Below, piece after piece: positions 29,182 to 39,938 of a stretch of 64,000 bases of DNA (positions are counted from its first letter, which is position 1; every line of letters begins with the position of its first letter). The notes beneath the pieces were generated by a model that was not told where the DNA came from, ran no database searches, and worked only from the letters and a program-made list of their open reading frames with translations. A program made the position numbers and the translations under genes. The stretch is taken from positions 320,001 to 384,000 of the forward strand of contig JAEOUA010000006.1 of assembly GCA_016839555.1 (NCBI GenBank), read 5' to 3'. Origin of the DNA: Promethearchaeota archaeon. Lineage in GTDB: Archaea > Asgardarchaeota > Lokiarchaeia > Sigyniarchaeales > SOKP01.

Positions 29182-29919
29182 TTATAGATCTAAATTTTTC
29201 TTAATCGTTATTGATGTAGGCATAATCCATGCAAATACGCTGAACAACATCATCCATTCCATAAATTGCCTTGGTAGCAGGGGAGGTATTATAAGAAATA
29301 ATATACTAACGGGTACATTTATAAAAAGCATACAAACTCCAATTGTTCGAGGATAGATGAGTTGAAAGTTTTGATTCTGAGCAAGGAGTACTATTCCATT
29401 GAAAATGGAAGAGAAGGCAAAGGAACCGAATACTATATAAGAGAAAAAATTGTGGAGTCCAAGAGCAGTTGTCCTATCTTCCGAAAAGAGCCCAATTCCA
29501 AAAAAGCCCACACCAGCAGAGGCCAATAAGATAAATCCGATGATAGTAAAAATTTTCATTACGATAAAAAATGCTTTCCATTTCCCTTCCGCATTCTTTT
29601 TAGTTTCTTTATAGAGACTCCATGAAAAGTACACATTAACCGGGAAAAGTAAAACCGAAGTAATCATCGCAATTATATCTAAGATGAATGGAGCAGGAGT
29701 ATATCTAATGGATCCGAGATCGGAAATATAATTTTCCCATAAGTTATATCCTGTGGCGAAGGCCGCAATTATATAACCTATTATCAACCCACTAAGAAAA
29801 ATTATAAAGCTCAATTCTATACAGATATTAATTAAACGTGGCTGGGTTAATTTTTCTATTACTTTGTGGATTTTACTTAGAAATGAATTATTTTGATCTT
29901 TTTGGGTACTATTTTGCAT
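29182..29919 (-). CDS. DUF998-like membrane protein
   Basis: YNLWENYISDLG, GIGLFSED, LHNFFS, EW motif; about 6 TM helices. Confidence 0.7.
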   Translation of the reverse strand: MQNSTQKDQNNSFLSKIHKVIEKLTQPRLINICIELSFIIFLSGLIIGYIIAAFATGYNLWENYISDLGSIRYTPAPFILDIIAMITSVLLFPVNVYFSWSLYKETKKNAEGKWKAFFIVMKIFTIIGFILLASAGVGFFGIGLFSEDRTTALGLHNFFSYIVFGSFAFSSIFNGIVLLAQNQNFQLIYPRTIGVCMLFINVPVSILFLIIPPLLPRQFMEWMMLFSVFAWIMPTSITIKKNLDL

Positions 29920-30032
29920 TTTTTAACCCCTATTATGTTTTTTTAAATAATTCTTTTTTCAGAAAAAAAAGAATAGGTTTAATATAAAGATTATGTAATA
30001 TAAAAAAAATATTTTAGAATAGAATTAGATAA

Positions 30033-30905
30033 TTAAATACTGGCAAACACGAACGCGATTAATCCTAAGAATGCCCCTATTTTTAACAATAAGCTAATCC
30101 TTTTGAACTCTTTTCGTTCTAATTTACTAATTATAGACAAAATAATTGCCACGGAGACGCCAACAAGACCAAAAATCATAGAAATAAGAAATGCCAGAGG
30201 ATTAATAATATCTGTAAAAATTGGAAGAATAAAAAATATAATGGCAAAAATATCGAATATTATTGAAATGATCAATGCCTTCTTTATTCCAAGTTTTATT
30301 GCTAAAGTTTTTACTCCTTCTAGTTTATCGCCTTCAATATCTTCACATCCTTTTACCACTTCTCTCGCTAATAAGAGAAAAAAAGCTGTGAGAAAGAAGA
30401 AATAAATATAGAGTGGAATAGAAATTCCATTTAAAATAGCTCCGTAGATTAATCCAATAGAAAAAGATACACTGACTATTATATTTCCTAATAATCCGCT
30501 TTTTTTACCCCATTTAGCGTATACAAACCCTATAAAGCCAAAAAACGCGGCAATAATTACATTAATAAAATATAGCTCTATTATAAGACTATGAATGATG
30601 GATATAGCAATACCGATACCTAAAGTAATTCCAAATAAATATTTCGCTTCTTTTAATGAGATGGCTCCTCGGGGGATTGGTCGTTCAGGTCGGTTAATTC
30701 GGTCAATTTCAACATCGTATATGTCATTAATAATCATCCCAGAAGAAGCAACAAAGAAATAGGTTAATATCCCCAATATAATGTTTATAATTAAATCATT
30801 TAAAGGGATGCCCGTTCTGGTATTTAAAATTCCTATAATAACTGTCAAGCAGCCCATTAAATCATTGATGGGCCTCATTATCTCGATAGATGCTTTTAAC
30901 TTCAT
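30033..30905 (-). CDS. Digeranylgeranylglyceryl phosphate synthase (UbiA family)
   Basis: MRPIN, INDIYDVEIDRINRPERPIPRG, AREVVKGCEDIEGD. Confidence 0.9.
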   Translation of the reverse strand: MKLKASIEIMRPINDLMGCLTVIIGILNTRTGIPLNDLIINIILGILTYFFVASSGMIINDIYDVEIDRINRPERPIPRGAISLKEAKYLFGITLGIGIAISIIHSLIIELYFINVIIAAFFGFIGFVYAKWGKKSGLLGNIIVSVSFSIGLIYGAILNGISIPLYIYFFFLTAFFLLLAREVVKGCEDIEGDKLEGVKTLAIKLGIKKALIISIIFDIFAIIFFILPIFTDIINPLAFLISMIFGLVGVSVAIILSIISKLERKEFKRISLLLKIGAFLGLIAFVFASI

Positions 30906-31160
30906 TTGAAATTTTAAAATTTTTTCTGATATATTTTATAAAATAATGAATGTTTAAAAATTATAAAAATTTTTACAATTCTCCTCTTTTTCAAAATGAT
31001 GCTCGATGAGATTATAATATGAAAGCCTTTTAAAACTTTAAATTTGATTAATTAATTTATTTTCTTTGTCTTTTATTTAAATAATATTTCAATCAGTTCA
31101 TATTTTTAGAGTTTTAAATACTATGAAAAAGAATATATATCTTAGAAAAAATAAAATAGA

Positions 31161-31298
31161 ATGATTAATTTGGGAAGAAAAACTCGAGTAAAAAGTCATA
31201 AGAGGAAGGCACATGAAAGAAGAGTATCTCCAACAAAAACCACGCACGTAAAAGCATCAAAAGTAAAATCTCATAAGCGAAAAAAAACGAAAAAATAA
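31161..31298 (+). CDS. Small, very basic protein (45 aa) not in the ORF track
   Basis: MINLGRKTRVKSHKRKAHERRVSPTKTTHVKASKVKSHKRKKTKK*; VKSHKRK occurs twice with different synonymous codons; alternative TTG start at 31170. Confidence 0.65.
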   Translation: MINLGRKTRVKSHKRKAHERRVSPTKTTHVKASKVKSHKRKKTKK

Positions 31299-31447
31299 AT
31301 ATTTTCAAAAAAAATAATTATTAGATTTCGATAATAGCGGACCTATGCAAGGAAAAAATCGAAAATTTTTCATAATCAAGAAACTTATACATAATTATAG
31401 TTGGATTTATTTGTTTGAATTAGCTTCTTTAATTTAACAGGGGTGGT

Positions 31448-32650
31448 TTGAGAATTTTCTTTGCTTATGAATTGGAAGATAACGGTGATGTAAAAGAATT
31501 ATTTTTCCCAGAGAAGCATCTGGCACAATTCCTTAATCCAGAGAAGGTATTATTTTTAATTCGGGAAGATATAAGGAGATTATTTATTTGGAAAGGTGCG
31601 AAATCACCAGTTAAAAAGAGATTTATCAGTACAGGTGTAGCACGAGATATACAAAAAGAACTTATAAAAGATGAGCGATATCATCGATGTAAAATTATAT
31701 CTGTTGATCAAGGAGATGAAATACAAGAATTTCTTGATGTATTCAATCTTGAATCTATGAAAGTTGAAGAAAGATTAGCGGATATTAATTATATCTTTAA
31801 TAGTGAAAAGAAGAAGGATAAAAAAGAAAAAAGATATCCAGAGGATAGAGAGTATAGAATTAATGATCATTTGACTTTAAAATTAATTCGGGGAAAAACG
31901 GTTATTTTTGTTGATAATAAACCCTTTCATCAATGTAAATATCTTCTTCTCAATCTTTCTGAGAAAGATTTCCGTAAGTTTGATCATATTGATTCAATAG
32001 ATGAAGCATTTGAGGTTTATAGCAATCTAGAAAAAAGTCATGAGAAAAAAAAGGATCTGATTGATCCCGAAACTGAATTCATCGGTCACTGCTCAAACCT
32101 CCAAGCGTGGTATGAATATGATTACGATCTAAGAATTTTACATAGCAGCTTGTCAATTCCTTTACTCAAAAAAATGGCATTCCTGGGAGATAAAAAGGCA
32201 ATTATTAAATTGAAAGAAAGTATTGCAACTAGAATAGCCTCAGGAAATTATAATACGATTATCTTCTACCTAAATGAGAAATACCTAGAACTATTTACTA
32301 ATGAAGAATTGGAGGTAATTTTTGAAGAATGGCTAGAAACTAATACGAATTTCAGCCCTATGGAAAAAAGAAGATTATGGTATCCTCTACTTAAAGAATT
32401 GATTGAAAGAAAAGTCTCTAAAGCTCAAAAAATCATTATGGAAGAAATAATTTCATCTTTAGAGGAGAAAAATTTTGAAACATTTCGCTATTTATTAACA
32501 AATAATTACTTAAAGCTACTTAGCTTGGATGAACTTGAAGAAATTTATGATCTTATTCCTAAAAACGAAAAGGTTGCGCTAAAAAAAATCGAAAATCTAA
32601 TTCTCAAAGCTACTATTAAAAATAGAAGAAATTTAGAAATTGAAGACTAA
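31448..32650 (+). CDS. Gelsolin/villin-like domain fused to a second globular domain and a helical tail
   Basis: LNPEKVLFLIREDIRRLFIWKGAKSPVKKRF...ISVDQGDEIQEFLDVF matches the gelsolin-repeat pattern; then INDHLTLKL...FHQCKYLLLN...EFIGHCSNLQAW. Confidence 0.7.
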   Translation: MRIFFAYELEDNGDVKELFFPEKHLAQFLNPEKVLFLIREDIRRLFIWKGAKSPVKKRFISTGVARDIQKELIKDERYHRCKIISVDQGDEIQEFLDVFNLESMKVEERLADINYIFNSEKKKDKKEKRYPEDREYRINDHLTLKLIRGKTVIFVDNKPFHQCKYLLLNLSEKDFRKFDHIDSIDEAFEVYSNLEKSHEKKKDLIDPETEFIGHCSNLQAWYEYDYDLRILHSSLSIPLLKKMAFLGDKKAIIKLKESIATRIASGNYNTIIFYLNEKYLELFTNEELEVIFEEWLETNTNFSPMEKRRLWYPLLKELIERKVSKAQKIIMEEIISSLEEKNFETFRYLLTNNYLKLLSLDELEEIYDLIPKNEKVALKKIENLILKATIKNRRNLEIED

Positions 32651-32673
32651 TAAAAATGCCAAGAATTTTCAAT

Positions 32674-33501
32674 CTATTTTATTGAATAATTTTTTTTCTG
32701 TTTCTTTCCAGCAATTTTGATCTCATCGATGATTTCCTTGAGAGAGGATCCATTATCTTTCAAAATATTTTCTTCAAGATAACTCCCCATAACAATAATA
32801 TCTGCTCCTGCTTCCACAAAACTCTTCGCATCTTCTTTTGTATTTACTCCCCCTCCTGCAATAATTGGAATCGATAATACCTGGGAACATAATGAGATAT
32901 GTTTTGGGGGAATCCGATCACCACCAGAACCCGCTTCTAAATATACCATTCGAAATCCGTACATTTCAGCAGCCAACGCATATGCGGCAGTTAATTTTGG
33001 TTTATCCCTTGGTAAAAGTTTAGCTTTTCCAACCCATCCCGCTGTTGCGCCAGGTTCAATTATTAAATACGCCATAGAAATATGTTCAAGTCCAGAGATT
33101 TTTATAGGGTAAGAAGCTAAAGCTTGTTGACCAATAATAAAGTAGGGATCTTCTGAATTTAATAAAGACATAAATAAGATAGCATCTGCTTCACAACAAA
33201 AATTTGAAATTCCTCCAGGAAAGATAATAACTGGTACTTCTATCTTTTCTTTAATATTACATATTGTTTTTTCTACAAATCCTTGATCAATGATAGTACT
33301 TCCCCCTACTAAAATGGCATCTGTACCCGCTTCTTGAGCATATTTCGCTATTTTAGCAGCCACATTAGGGCTTTGATTAAAGGGATCGGGATCAATTAGG
33401 CTGAAGTGTAAAGCACCCTCTTCATTAATTTTTTTAATTAAATATGAATAAGTACTATTTTTTTCTGTTTTATTTATAGAAATATCTCCCATTTTTATCA
33501 C
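32674..33501 (-). CDS. Geranylgeranylglyceryl phosphate synthase
   Basis: HFSLIDPD, DAILVGGS, FMSLLNS, YLEAGSG, IAGGGV. Confidence 0.93.
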   Translation of the reverse strand: MIKMGDISINKTEKNSTYSYLIKKINEEGALHFSLIDPDPFNQSPNVAAKIAKYAQEAGTDAILVGGSTIIDQGFVEKTICNIKEKIEVPVIIFPGGISNFCCEADAILFMSLLNSEDPYFIIGQQALASYPIKISGLEHISMAYLIIEPGATAGWVGKAKLLPRDKPKLTAAYALAAEMYGFRMVYLEAGSGGDRIPPKHISLCSQVLSIPIIAGGGVNTKEDAKSFVEAGADIIVMGSYLEENILKDNGSSLKEIIDEIKIAGKKQKKNYSIK

Positions 33502-33514
33502 TCTTTGATTATTC

Positions 33515-34909
33515 TCATTTATTAGTTTTTATACTAATAATCATTTTTTGAATTTTATTATAAATTTCTTCTACTTTTGTTTTCCATTCGTCAAAATTTG
33601 TAGAAATTTTTGGAAAATTTCTATATCTTTTAGAGATTTCATTCATTCTGAGTCGTAAATAATTAAGATCTAACAATAGATCAGGACGCATTATCCCCTT
33701 AAAGGCTTTGAAAGCCATATCAATTAAGGATAATGTAAGATCTCCGGTTTCTGCAATTTGTAAAATTTCTGACGCTGTTAAAAGATCTTTTTCTAATCCA
33801 AAATTTAAATCCGAATTTGTTAAGGATTGAAGAACTCTTCGTAACAAATCTAATGCCGCAAATTCCGCTCCAAAAGAGGTCATTACTTTTATATTATAAT
33901 CCCATAATTTCTCTAGGGAATAATCTCCACTATCTATTGCTCCGGAAGCGGTCAAAGCGGCATAATATCCCCCTCTCATTGATGGATCTATTCCCCCACC
34001 ATGCAAAGGATTTACTTGAAAGGCAGCATCTCCAACGAACATAATACCATTTTCAGCACAGGACCAGAGCGGGCGCCTAATTGGAGCAACCCCCCCACCA
34101 GAGGATAAAACTTCTATAGTTGGAGTAGTAATAAATTCTTTAAATACGTGTGTTTTGTAAAGTTCTTTTACTTTTCCACCATAATTCATGTATACTCCTA
34201 TACCAAGATTTAGGGAATAGTTGCCCTTGGGAAAATACCACATATACCCACCTGGAGCTTTATCTTGATCCAAAATTATAGATATATAGGTAGGATCTTT
34301 TACTTCTTGATCTTTTTTCGGAAACTTAATAATTTCCCGATAGCATAATATAGCATCCTTCTCAGAAATCTCGTTCTCAATCAAATCGCTCTCAATCTTT
34401 TTACGTAAAGGAGAATAAAGACCACTCGCATCAATCACTATTTTTGATTTGAGGTCTGCTTTTTCTCCGTTCTTTAACTTGACTTTTATTCCAGAAACAT
34501 GATTATTTCTATAGAGTAGGTCTATAGCCTTAGTATTATCTAAGAATTGATTGACTCCTGCGTCTAATGCCTCATTTAATAATCGTTGTCCAAATTTTAC
34601 GCGATCAACTATATAGCCCGTTTGTTTTGGGTCTTTCATCTCAATACATTTCTTTCGATTTGGAGAGTATAATTTTGCTCCTACTATTGGACATGATAAT
34701 TCCTCTCCTACTGGTGGTGCTATATCAAGTAGGTTAAAAATTTCTCTTCCCACTGCATCTCCGCATATTTTGGTCCCTATTTTGTTTTTGGCTTTACTAT
34801 CAATTAAACATACATCTAAGCCATTTTTCGCGGCAAACCGTGCCGCAGTGGTGCCACCAGTGCCAGCTCCAACGACAATAACATCAAATATTTGATCCAA
34901 AGAATCCAT
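33515..34909 (-). CDS. Geranylgeranyl reductase (digeranylgeranylglycerophospholipid reductase)
   Basis: VVGAGTGG FAD motif, KICGDAV, PGGYMWYFPKG, VGDAA.QVNPLHGGGI. Confidence 0.9.
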   Translation of the reverse strand: MDSLDQIFDVIVVGAGTGGTTAARFAAKNGLDVCLIDSKAKNKIGTKICGDAVGREIFNLLDIAPPVGEELSCPIVGAKLYSPNRKKCIEMKDPKQTGYIVDRVKFGQRLLNEALDAGVNQFLDNTKAIDLLYRNNHVSGIKVKLKNGEKADLKSKIVIDASGLYSPLRKKIESDLIENEISEKDAILCYREIIKFPKKDQEVKDPTYISIILDQDKAPGGYMWYFPKGNYSLNLGIGVYMNYGGKVKELYKTHVFKEFITTPTIEVLSSGGGVAPIRRPLWSCAENGIMFVGDAAFQVNPLHGGGIDPSMRGGYYAALTASGAIDSGDYSLEKLWDYNIKVMTSFGAEFAALDLLRRVLQSLTNSDLNFGLEKDLLTASEILQIAETGDLTLSLIDMAFKAFKGIMRPDLLLDLNYLRLRMNEISKRYRNFPKISTNFDEWKTKVEEIYNKIQKMIISIKTNK

Positions 34910-35103
34910 GAAAATCGTCTAGATTTATAAACTTATTTTAACCTAAGTTTTAATTATTTTTTATTATTTATTATTTTTTACCAAAATCACTATTCAATCT
35001 ATCTCAAAATACCTAATGGTTCAATCATGTGAATCTAAAATTGTTAAATTTTCCGTAAAATAATTTAGAAAATAAAAATGTTTTAAATTTTTTATATCTT
35101 CAA

Positions 35104-35895
35104 TCAAAACATCGAACTGAAATACACAATTAGAAATATAATTAAGGTCGTACCTATTGTAATGGTAAGATCATCCCAAGTTGAGGGACTGATTAATTCT
35201 ATAAAGGTGGCTACAAGACTCGTGAGCAAGGAATATAAAATAACTTCTCCAATAGATAATGTTAATTGAGTAGTCCCTATATTCAAAAATCCAAAAATAA
35301 AAAATGCTCCGAAACTTAAGATGAATGCACTTATTAACAAGATTAAAGAGCCTTCTACACTTCTTGTAGTTTTTGTCCACGAAAAGTTAATAAAATGCTT
35401 ACCATATTTTTTTCCAAACAGAGAAGCAAGGGTATCTGAAACGATCATAATCAATATTCCCGCAATGGCAAAATAAATTTGTTCTGGAAAGAAGATTGCC
35501 GCGATAGTGATAATGAGAGTAATTGCTAAACAATAATGAAAGGGACCTTGTAGATAGGGTCTCTCTAGCTCCTCTTCTGCCTCTTCGCCAATTGTATCGT
35601 ATAATTCTTTGAGTTTTTTAACTTTACTTTTTTTAGAACTAAGGAGAGTGACAATGGTTAACAGTCCAGCAATTATTGTGCCAAATAATTTCCACGTGAA
35701 AAATGGTGTGGCCAATACGGCAAGTCCAGCAAATAAATGAACAACCTTCCTCGCTTGGAATTTCGAAACCTTTTCTTTCTTATATAATTCCAACGGAACT
35801 ATTATTGTTATTCCAATGTAAACAAACGCTATGAGAACTACAATTAAGTCAATAAGAAGAGTTGATAAATTATAATTTGAAGGAAATAATTCCAT
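35104..35895 (-). CDS. Phytol/dolichol kinase-like membrane protein (CTP-dependent, VTE5/SEC59/DGK1 family)
   Basis: ARKVVHLFAG, GPFHY, DTLASLFGKKYG, RSVEGS, WDDLTI. Confidence 0.8.
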   Translation of the reverse strand: MELFPSNYNLSTLLIDLIVVLIAFVYIGITIIVPLELYKKEKVSKFQARKVVHLFAGLAVLATPFFTWKLFGTIIAGLLTIVTLLSSKKSKVKKLKELYDTIGEEAEEELERPYLQGPFHYCLAITLIITIAAIFFPEQIYFAIAGILIMIVSDTLASLFGKKYGKHFINFSWTKTTRSVEGSLILLISAFILSFGAFFIFGFLNIGTTQLTLSIGEVILYSLLTSLVATFIELISPSTWDDLTITIGTTLIIFLIVYFSSMF

Positions 35896-36151
35896 TTTAA
35901 ATACCTATTCTTTGTGATTATCGGTAAGAAATTTTTTTTTTTTATAAACTCTTTCCGATTTAGAAGAGTATTATATGTGACAAAATCATAATTAATTATA
36001 ATCTAATCAATATTAGTCATTTTATTATTAAAATAAATGTGATTAAGAATATCATAATAAGAAATTTAGATGTTATATAATTATAAAATGCATATATAAA
36101 GTTGGTTAAATATTTTTAATTTCTTAATTCATCTAAGTAGGGATAACAAAT

Positions 36152-37819
36152 ATGGGAGTTAAGAACCAAAAATTGGATGCTCTAAGAGCATATGAGAGGG
36201 CGTTATTCAGAGGTTGTGGGTTTTCATATGAAGATCTGCAAAAACCTAGAATTGCGATAGTTAATTCATGGAATGAAGTGAATCCTGGACATATCCATCT
36301 TAGAAATTTAAGTGCTTTCGTAAAAGAAGCTATTAGAAAGCATGGCGGCACGCCAATGGAATTTAATACAATAGGCGCATGTGATGGCATAGCAAATTCT
36401 GGAAATTTCTCAAAATATGTTTTGCCTTCAAGGGAAGTAATCGCAAATTCAGTTGAATGCATGATAAAAGCCTATAATTTTAATGGAATGGTAATGTTAT
36501 GCTCATGTGATAAAATCATTCCCGGAATGCTGTTAGCTGCTGTAAGGTGTGATATCCCCACTATTTTCCTAACAGGAGGGATAATGGAGGCTAAAACATT
36601 TACAGAAGGCCCTTTAAAAGGAAAAACTTTTGTCACCAGCGATATTAAGGAAGCAATTGGCATGTATAAAGCGGGAAAATTAACTTCGGAAGAGTTTTTT
36701 CAAATAGAATCTGAAACATGCACATCTCCTGGGGCTTGTAATATGATGGGTACCGCTAATACAATGGCTTGCATCGTAGAAGCAATCGGCTTATCTTTAG
36801 CTGGATGCGCTACTGCTGGTGCTCTTAGTAAAGAACGAGAAAAATTATGTCTTGAGACTGGGAAAGTAATATTAGAACTAATTGAGAAGAAAATCACCGC
36901 ACGAGATATAATCACTCCAATCTCAATGGAAAATGCTATAAAAACCGCCCTATCATTTGGAGGATCTTCAAACATGGTATTACATATGTGTGCTCTTTCT
37001 CATGAAATAGGAGGAAATTTGAATCATTTTGATTTTGAAAGTTTGAGTAGATCAGTTCCATTATTGGCAAAATTTAAACCCGCTTCAGACTATACTCTTA
37101 CCGATTTTCATAAAGTGGGAGGTGTGAAAAGAATAATGAAACATCTTTCACCTTTATTAGATTTATCAGCGATAAATGTAAGGGGCAAAACTTTGAAAAA
37201 ACATTTAGAAGATATACAAATCAAGGGGAGCCCCATAGTGAGAACTTTGGAAAATCCCTTAGAAGAGCAAGGGGGAATTGCAGTTTTAAAAGGAAACTTG
37301 GCACCAGAGGGGGCGATAGTAAAGCAGAGTGCCTTAAGCCCAAATATGAGATACCATAAAGGAGTCGCAAGAATATTTAATTCCGAGGAGGAAATAAAAG
37401 ATGCGTTATATGCGGGAGAAATAAAGGAAGGTTCTATATTAGTTATACGATATGAAGGTCCAAAAGGTTCTCCTGGAATGCGAGAATTATCTATTCCCGC
37501 AGCAATGTTAATTGGGATGGGATTAGGAGAATCGGTTTCTATGATAACAGATGGTCGTTATTCTGGAGCTACAAAAGGCCCTTGTATCGGTCATGTCTGT
37601 CCAGAAGCAATGGAAGGAGGTCCTATTGCGATAGTAGAGAATGGAGATATCATAGAAATTGATATTAATAATAGAGAGCTGAATCTGTTAGTTTCTAAAG
37701 AAGAGATTAAAAAAAGATTTAACAAGTGGACTCCTTTAAAACCTAAAATAACAGAAGGATATCTAAATATCTATCGAAAACATGTAGGTTCAGCTAAATA
37801 TGGAGCTTACTTGAAATGA
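36152..37819 (+). CDS. ilvD: Dihydroxy-acid dehydratase
   Basis: [50 protein letters not shown]. Confidence 0.93.
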   Translation: MGVKNQKLDALRAYERALFRGCGFSYEDLQKPRIAIVNSWNEVNPGHIHLRNLSAFVKEAIRKHGGTPMEFNTIGACDGIANSGNFSKYVLPSREVIANSVECMIKAYNFNGMVMLCSCDKIIPGMLLAAVRCDIPTIFLTGGIMEAKTFTEGPLKGKTFVTSDIKEAIGMYKAGKLTSEEFFQIESETCTSPGACNMMGTANTMACIVEAIGLSLAGCATAGALSKEREKLCLETGKVILELIEKKITARDIITPISMENAIKTALSFGGSSNMVLHMCALSHEIGGNLNHFDFESLSRSVPLLAKFKPASDYTLTDFHKVGGVKRIMKHLSPLLDLSAINVRGKTLKKHLEDIQIKGSPIVRTLENPLEEQGGIAVLKGNLAPEGAIVKQSALSPNMRYHKGVARIFNSEEEIKDALYAGEIKEGSILVIRYEGPKGSPGMRELSIPAAMLIGMGLGESVSMITDGRYSGATKGPCIGHVCPEAMEGGPIAIVENGDIIEIDINNRELNLLVSKEEIKKRFNKWTPLKPKITEGYLNIYRKHVGSAKYGAYLK

Positions 37820-38991
37820 TGGATAGCAAAAAAATAAAAAAAAATTTGGAAATGATTGCTTTTCCAAGACTTGCCGGAACAATATATGAACAACAGGCAA
37901 ATCAATTAATTAAAGCTGAAATTGAAAAATTAGGATTGAATCCAGAATCTCAAAAATTCACATTTTCCACATTTTATCCAAGAATTTATAAAAAGTTGGC
38001 TTTTACCTCAATATCTTGGTTGCTTATTGTATTTTTTATCTATATCAATACCATATTCATACTTATCAATATTATTATTCTTAGTCTTCTTTTTATCCCT
38101 CTAATACTTCTCACGCGAAATCCCGAAGATATAAGAATTGGAAAAAATTTTGAATCTGAAAATATATTTGTAAAAATTAACGCAAAAAATCAAGGTTCCA
38201 GGGAAAGATTCGACAAAAAATTTGAATTTTTATTATTATGTCATAAAGATTCAAAATCCCAAAGATTAACTATAACGATTCGGAGTATCAATATAAAAAT
38301 ATGGATTTATTCCCTCATTATAGCCGTAATTTGCTTGTTGTTAAAATATTTCTTTTTATCGAATATTTTTTTTAACATATTTGTTATATGTGTAATTGGA
38401 ATAAATTGTTTAAATACATTCTTAATAAATATAAATACTACAGGCAATAAATCTCCTGGGGCAATCGATAATGCATCAGGAGTGGCCATAGTATTAGAGC
38501 TATTAACTTACTTCTCTGAACCGAAAAATAGGCTTAAAAATATTGATCTCTGGTTTATCTTTACGGGAGCCGAAGAAAATGGTACAATGGGAATTAGAAA
38601 CTTTTATAAAAAGCATATAAAGCAATATCCTCATAAAGAATTAAGATATTTAAATTTTGATTCACTCGGATCTCATTTGGATACTTTTGCCGTGAAAAAT
38701 AAATTACAACACACGCAATTTTTTAAACTATTTGTTGAACTCTCTAAAGAATTAAATCCAACTTATCATATAAAATATTTTGTTTTTGCAGTGAATAGAA
38801 GCGATGGATATTATTTAAAGAATAAAAATTTTAAAGGATTAGGTTTTGCAGATAAAAAAGTATATAAATATATTCATTCATCCCAAGATACCGTAGATAA
38901 GGTCGATTCAGATTTTCTTGAGGCTTTTTGTAAGGTAATTGCTAAATTTCTCGAAGAATATGATAATAATATGGATAAAAACCTTATTTGA
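37816..38991 (+). CDS. Membrane-embedded M28 family peptidase
   Basis: [34 protein letters not shown]; two inserted TM hairpins. Confidence 0.82.
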   Translation: MMDSKKIKKNLEMIAFPRLAGTIYEQQANQLIKAEIEKLGLNPESQKFTFSTFYPRIYKKLAFTSISWLLIVFFIYINTIFILINIIILSLLFIPLILLTRNPEDIRIGKNFESENIFVKINAKNQGSRERFDKKFEFLLLCHKDSKSQRLTITIRSINIKIWIYSLIIAVICLLLKYFFLSNIFFNIFVICVIGINCLNTFLININTTGNKSPGAIDNASGVAIVLELLTYFSEPKNRLKNIDLWFIFTGAEENGTMGIRNFYKKHIKQYPHKELRYLNFDSLGSHLDTFAVKNKLQHTQFFKLFVELSKELNPTYHIKYFVFAVNRSDGYYLKNKNFKGLGFADKKVYKYIHSSQDTVDKVDSDFLEAFCKVIAKFLEEYDNNMDKNLI

Positions 38992-39141
38992 AAAAAATTT
39001 TGAAAGATATGTAAATAAAAATGATATAAAAGAGTACATAAAGATTAATCAAAAAAATTGAAATAAGATTAAATTATGGAAAAAGATAAAAGAAGAAATA
39101 AAAGAAGTTTTATTAGAGAGACCGATTGGTTTTTACAATAG

Positions 39142-39786
39142 TTGTTTACTAGAATTCCTGCACCATATTTTGGTGTAATTGGATACTCCATATTTGGCTT
39201 TTTCATATCCTTTGCCTTAATATTATACATTTTTGAGGATCCTACATTTAGTATTTTTCAGAACTGGATTAGTCAATTAAGCGTGGGGACTAATGGCTCA
39301 AATATCTTTTTCTTCTTAGGAATAAGTATAGCAAGTCCATTTATGCTACTATTTCATTATTCGATAGTAAACTCATTTTATTATAAAACTAATAAAATTA
39401 ATACTTTATTATTCTTATATATCACAGCATCTATACAATCATTAGGAAGTTTTTTAGCAGGCATATTTCCATTAAACTTAAATAAAATACATGGATTTGT
39501 AGGTGAGATGTGTTTTTTTGGAGCAATGTTTTTTTATTCAGGGCTTTTATATTTATATATTAAAATCAAGGGTGAGGGGGGCCAAAAACTAATTTGGGTT
39601 GGTATTTGTTCTTTAGTAGTTATTATATTTAATGCGGCAAAGATATACACCGCAATCACAGGAAAGCTTTTTCCGGTGTTTCCTAATTATTTCTTAGAAT
39701 GGATTGTATATCTCACATTTCTAATTTCAAATTATAGATTAGCTTTTATTTTTTTAGAAGAGCAAGGATCAAAAAAAGTTGAATAA
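39142..39786 (+). CDS. DUF998-like membrane protein (possible 5' extension to ATG 39076 across a TAG)
   Basis: FSIFQNWISQLS, GIFP, IHG, LEW motifs; about 6 TM helices. Confidence 0.65.
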   Translation: MFTRIPAPYFGVIGYSIFGFFISFALILYIFEDPTFSIFQNWISQLSVGTNGSNIFFFLGISIASPFMLLFHYSIVNSFYYKTNKINTLLFLYITASIQSLGSFLAGIFPLNLNKIHGFVGEMCFFGAMFFYSGLLYLYIKIKGEGGQKLIWVGICSLVVIIFNAAKIYTAITGKLFPVFPNYFLEWIVYLTFLISNYRLAFIFLEEQGSKKVE

Positions 39787-39938
39787 AGAGTCTCATATTT
39801 CAATAAATCTATAATTGTTAATCTTTAAATAAGAATTCCACAAAGTATTGTAATACAGAGACTGCTATTCTGCTTGCCGTAGTAGCAGGACCTTTCGCTT
39901 TAGCGGCCATCCTATCATTATTTTTAAGACCTTATATA

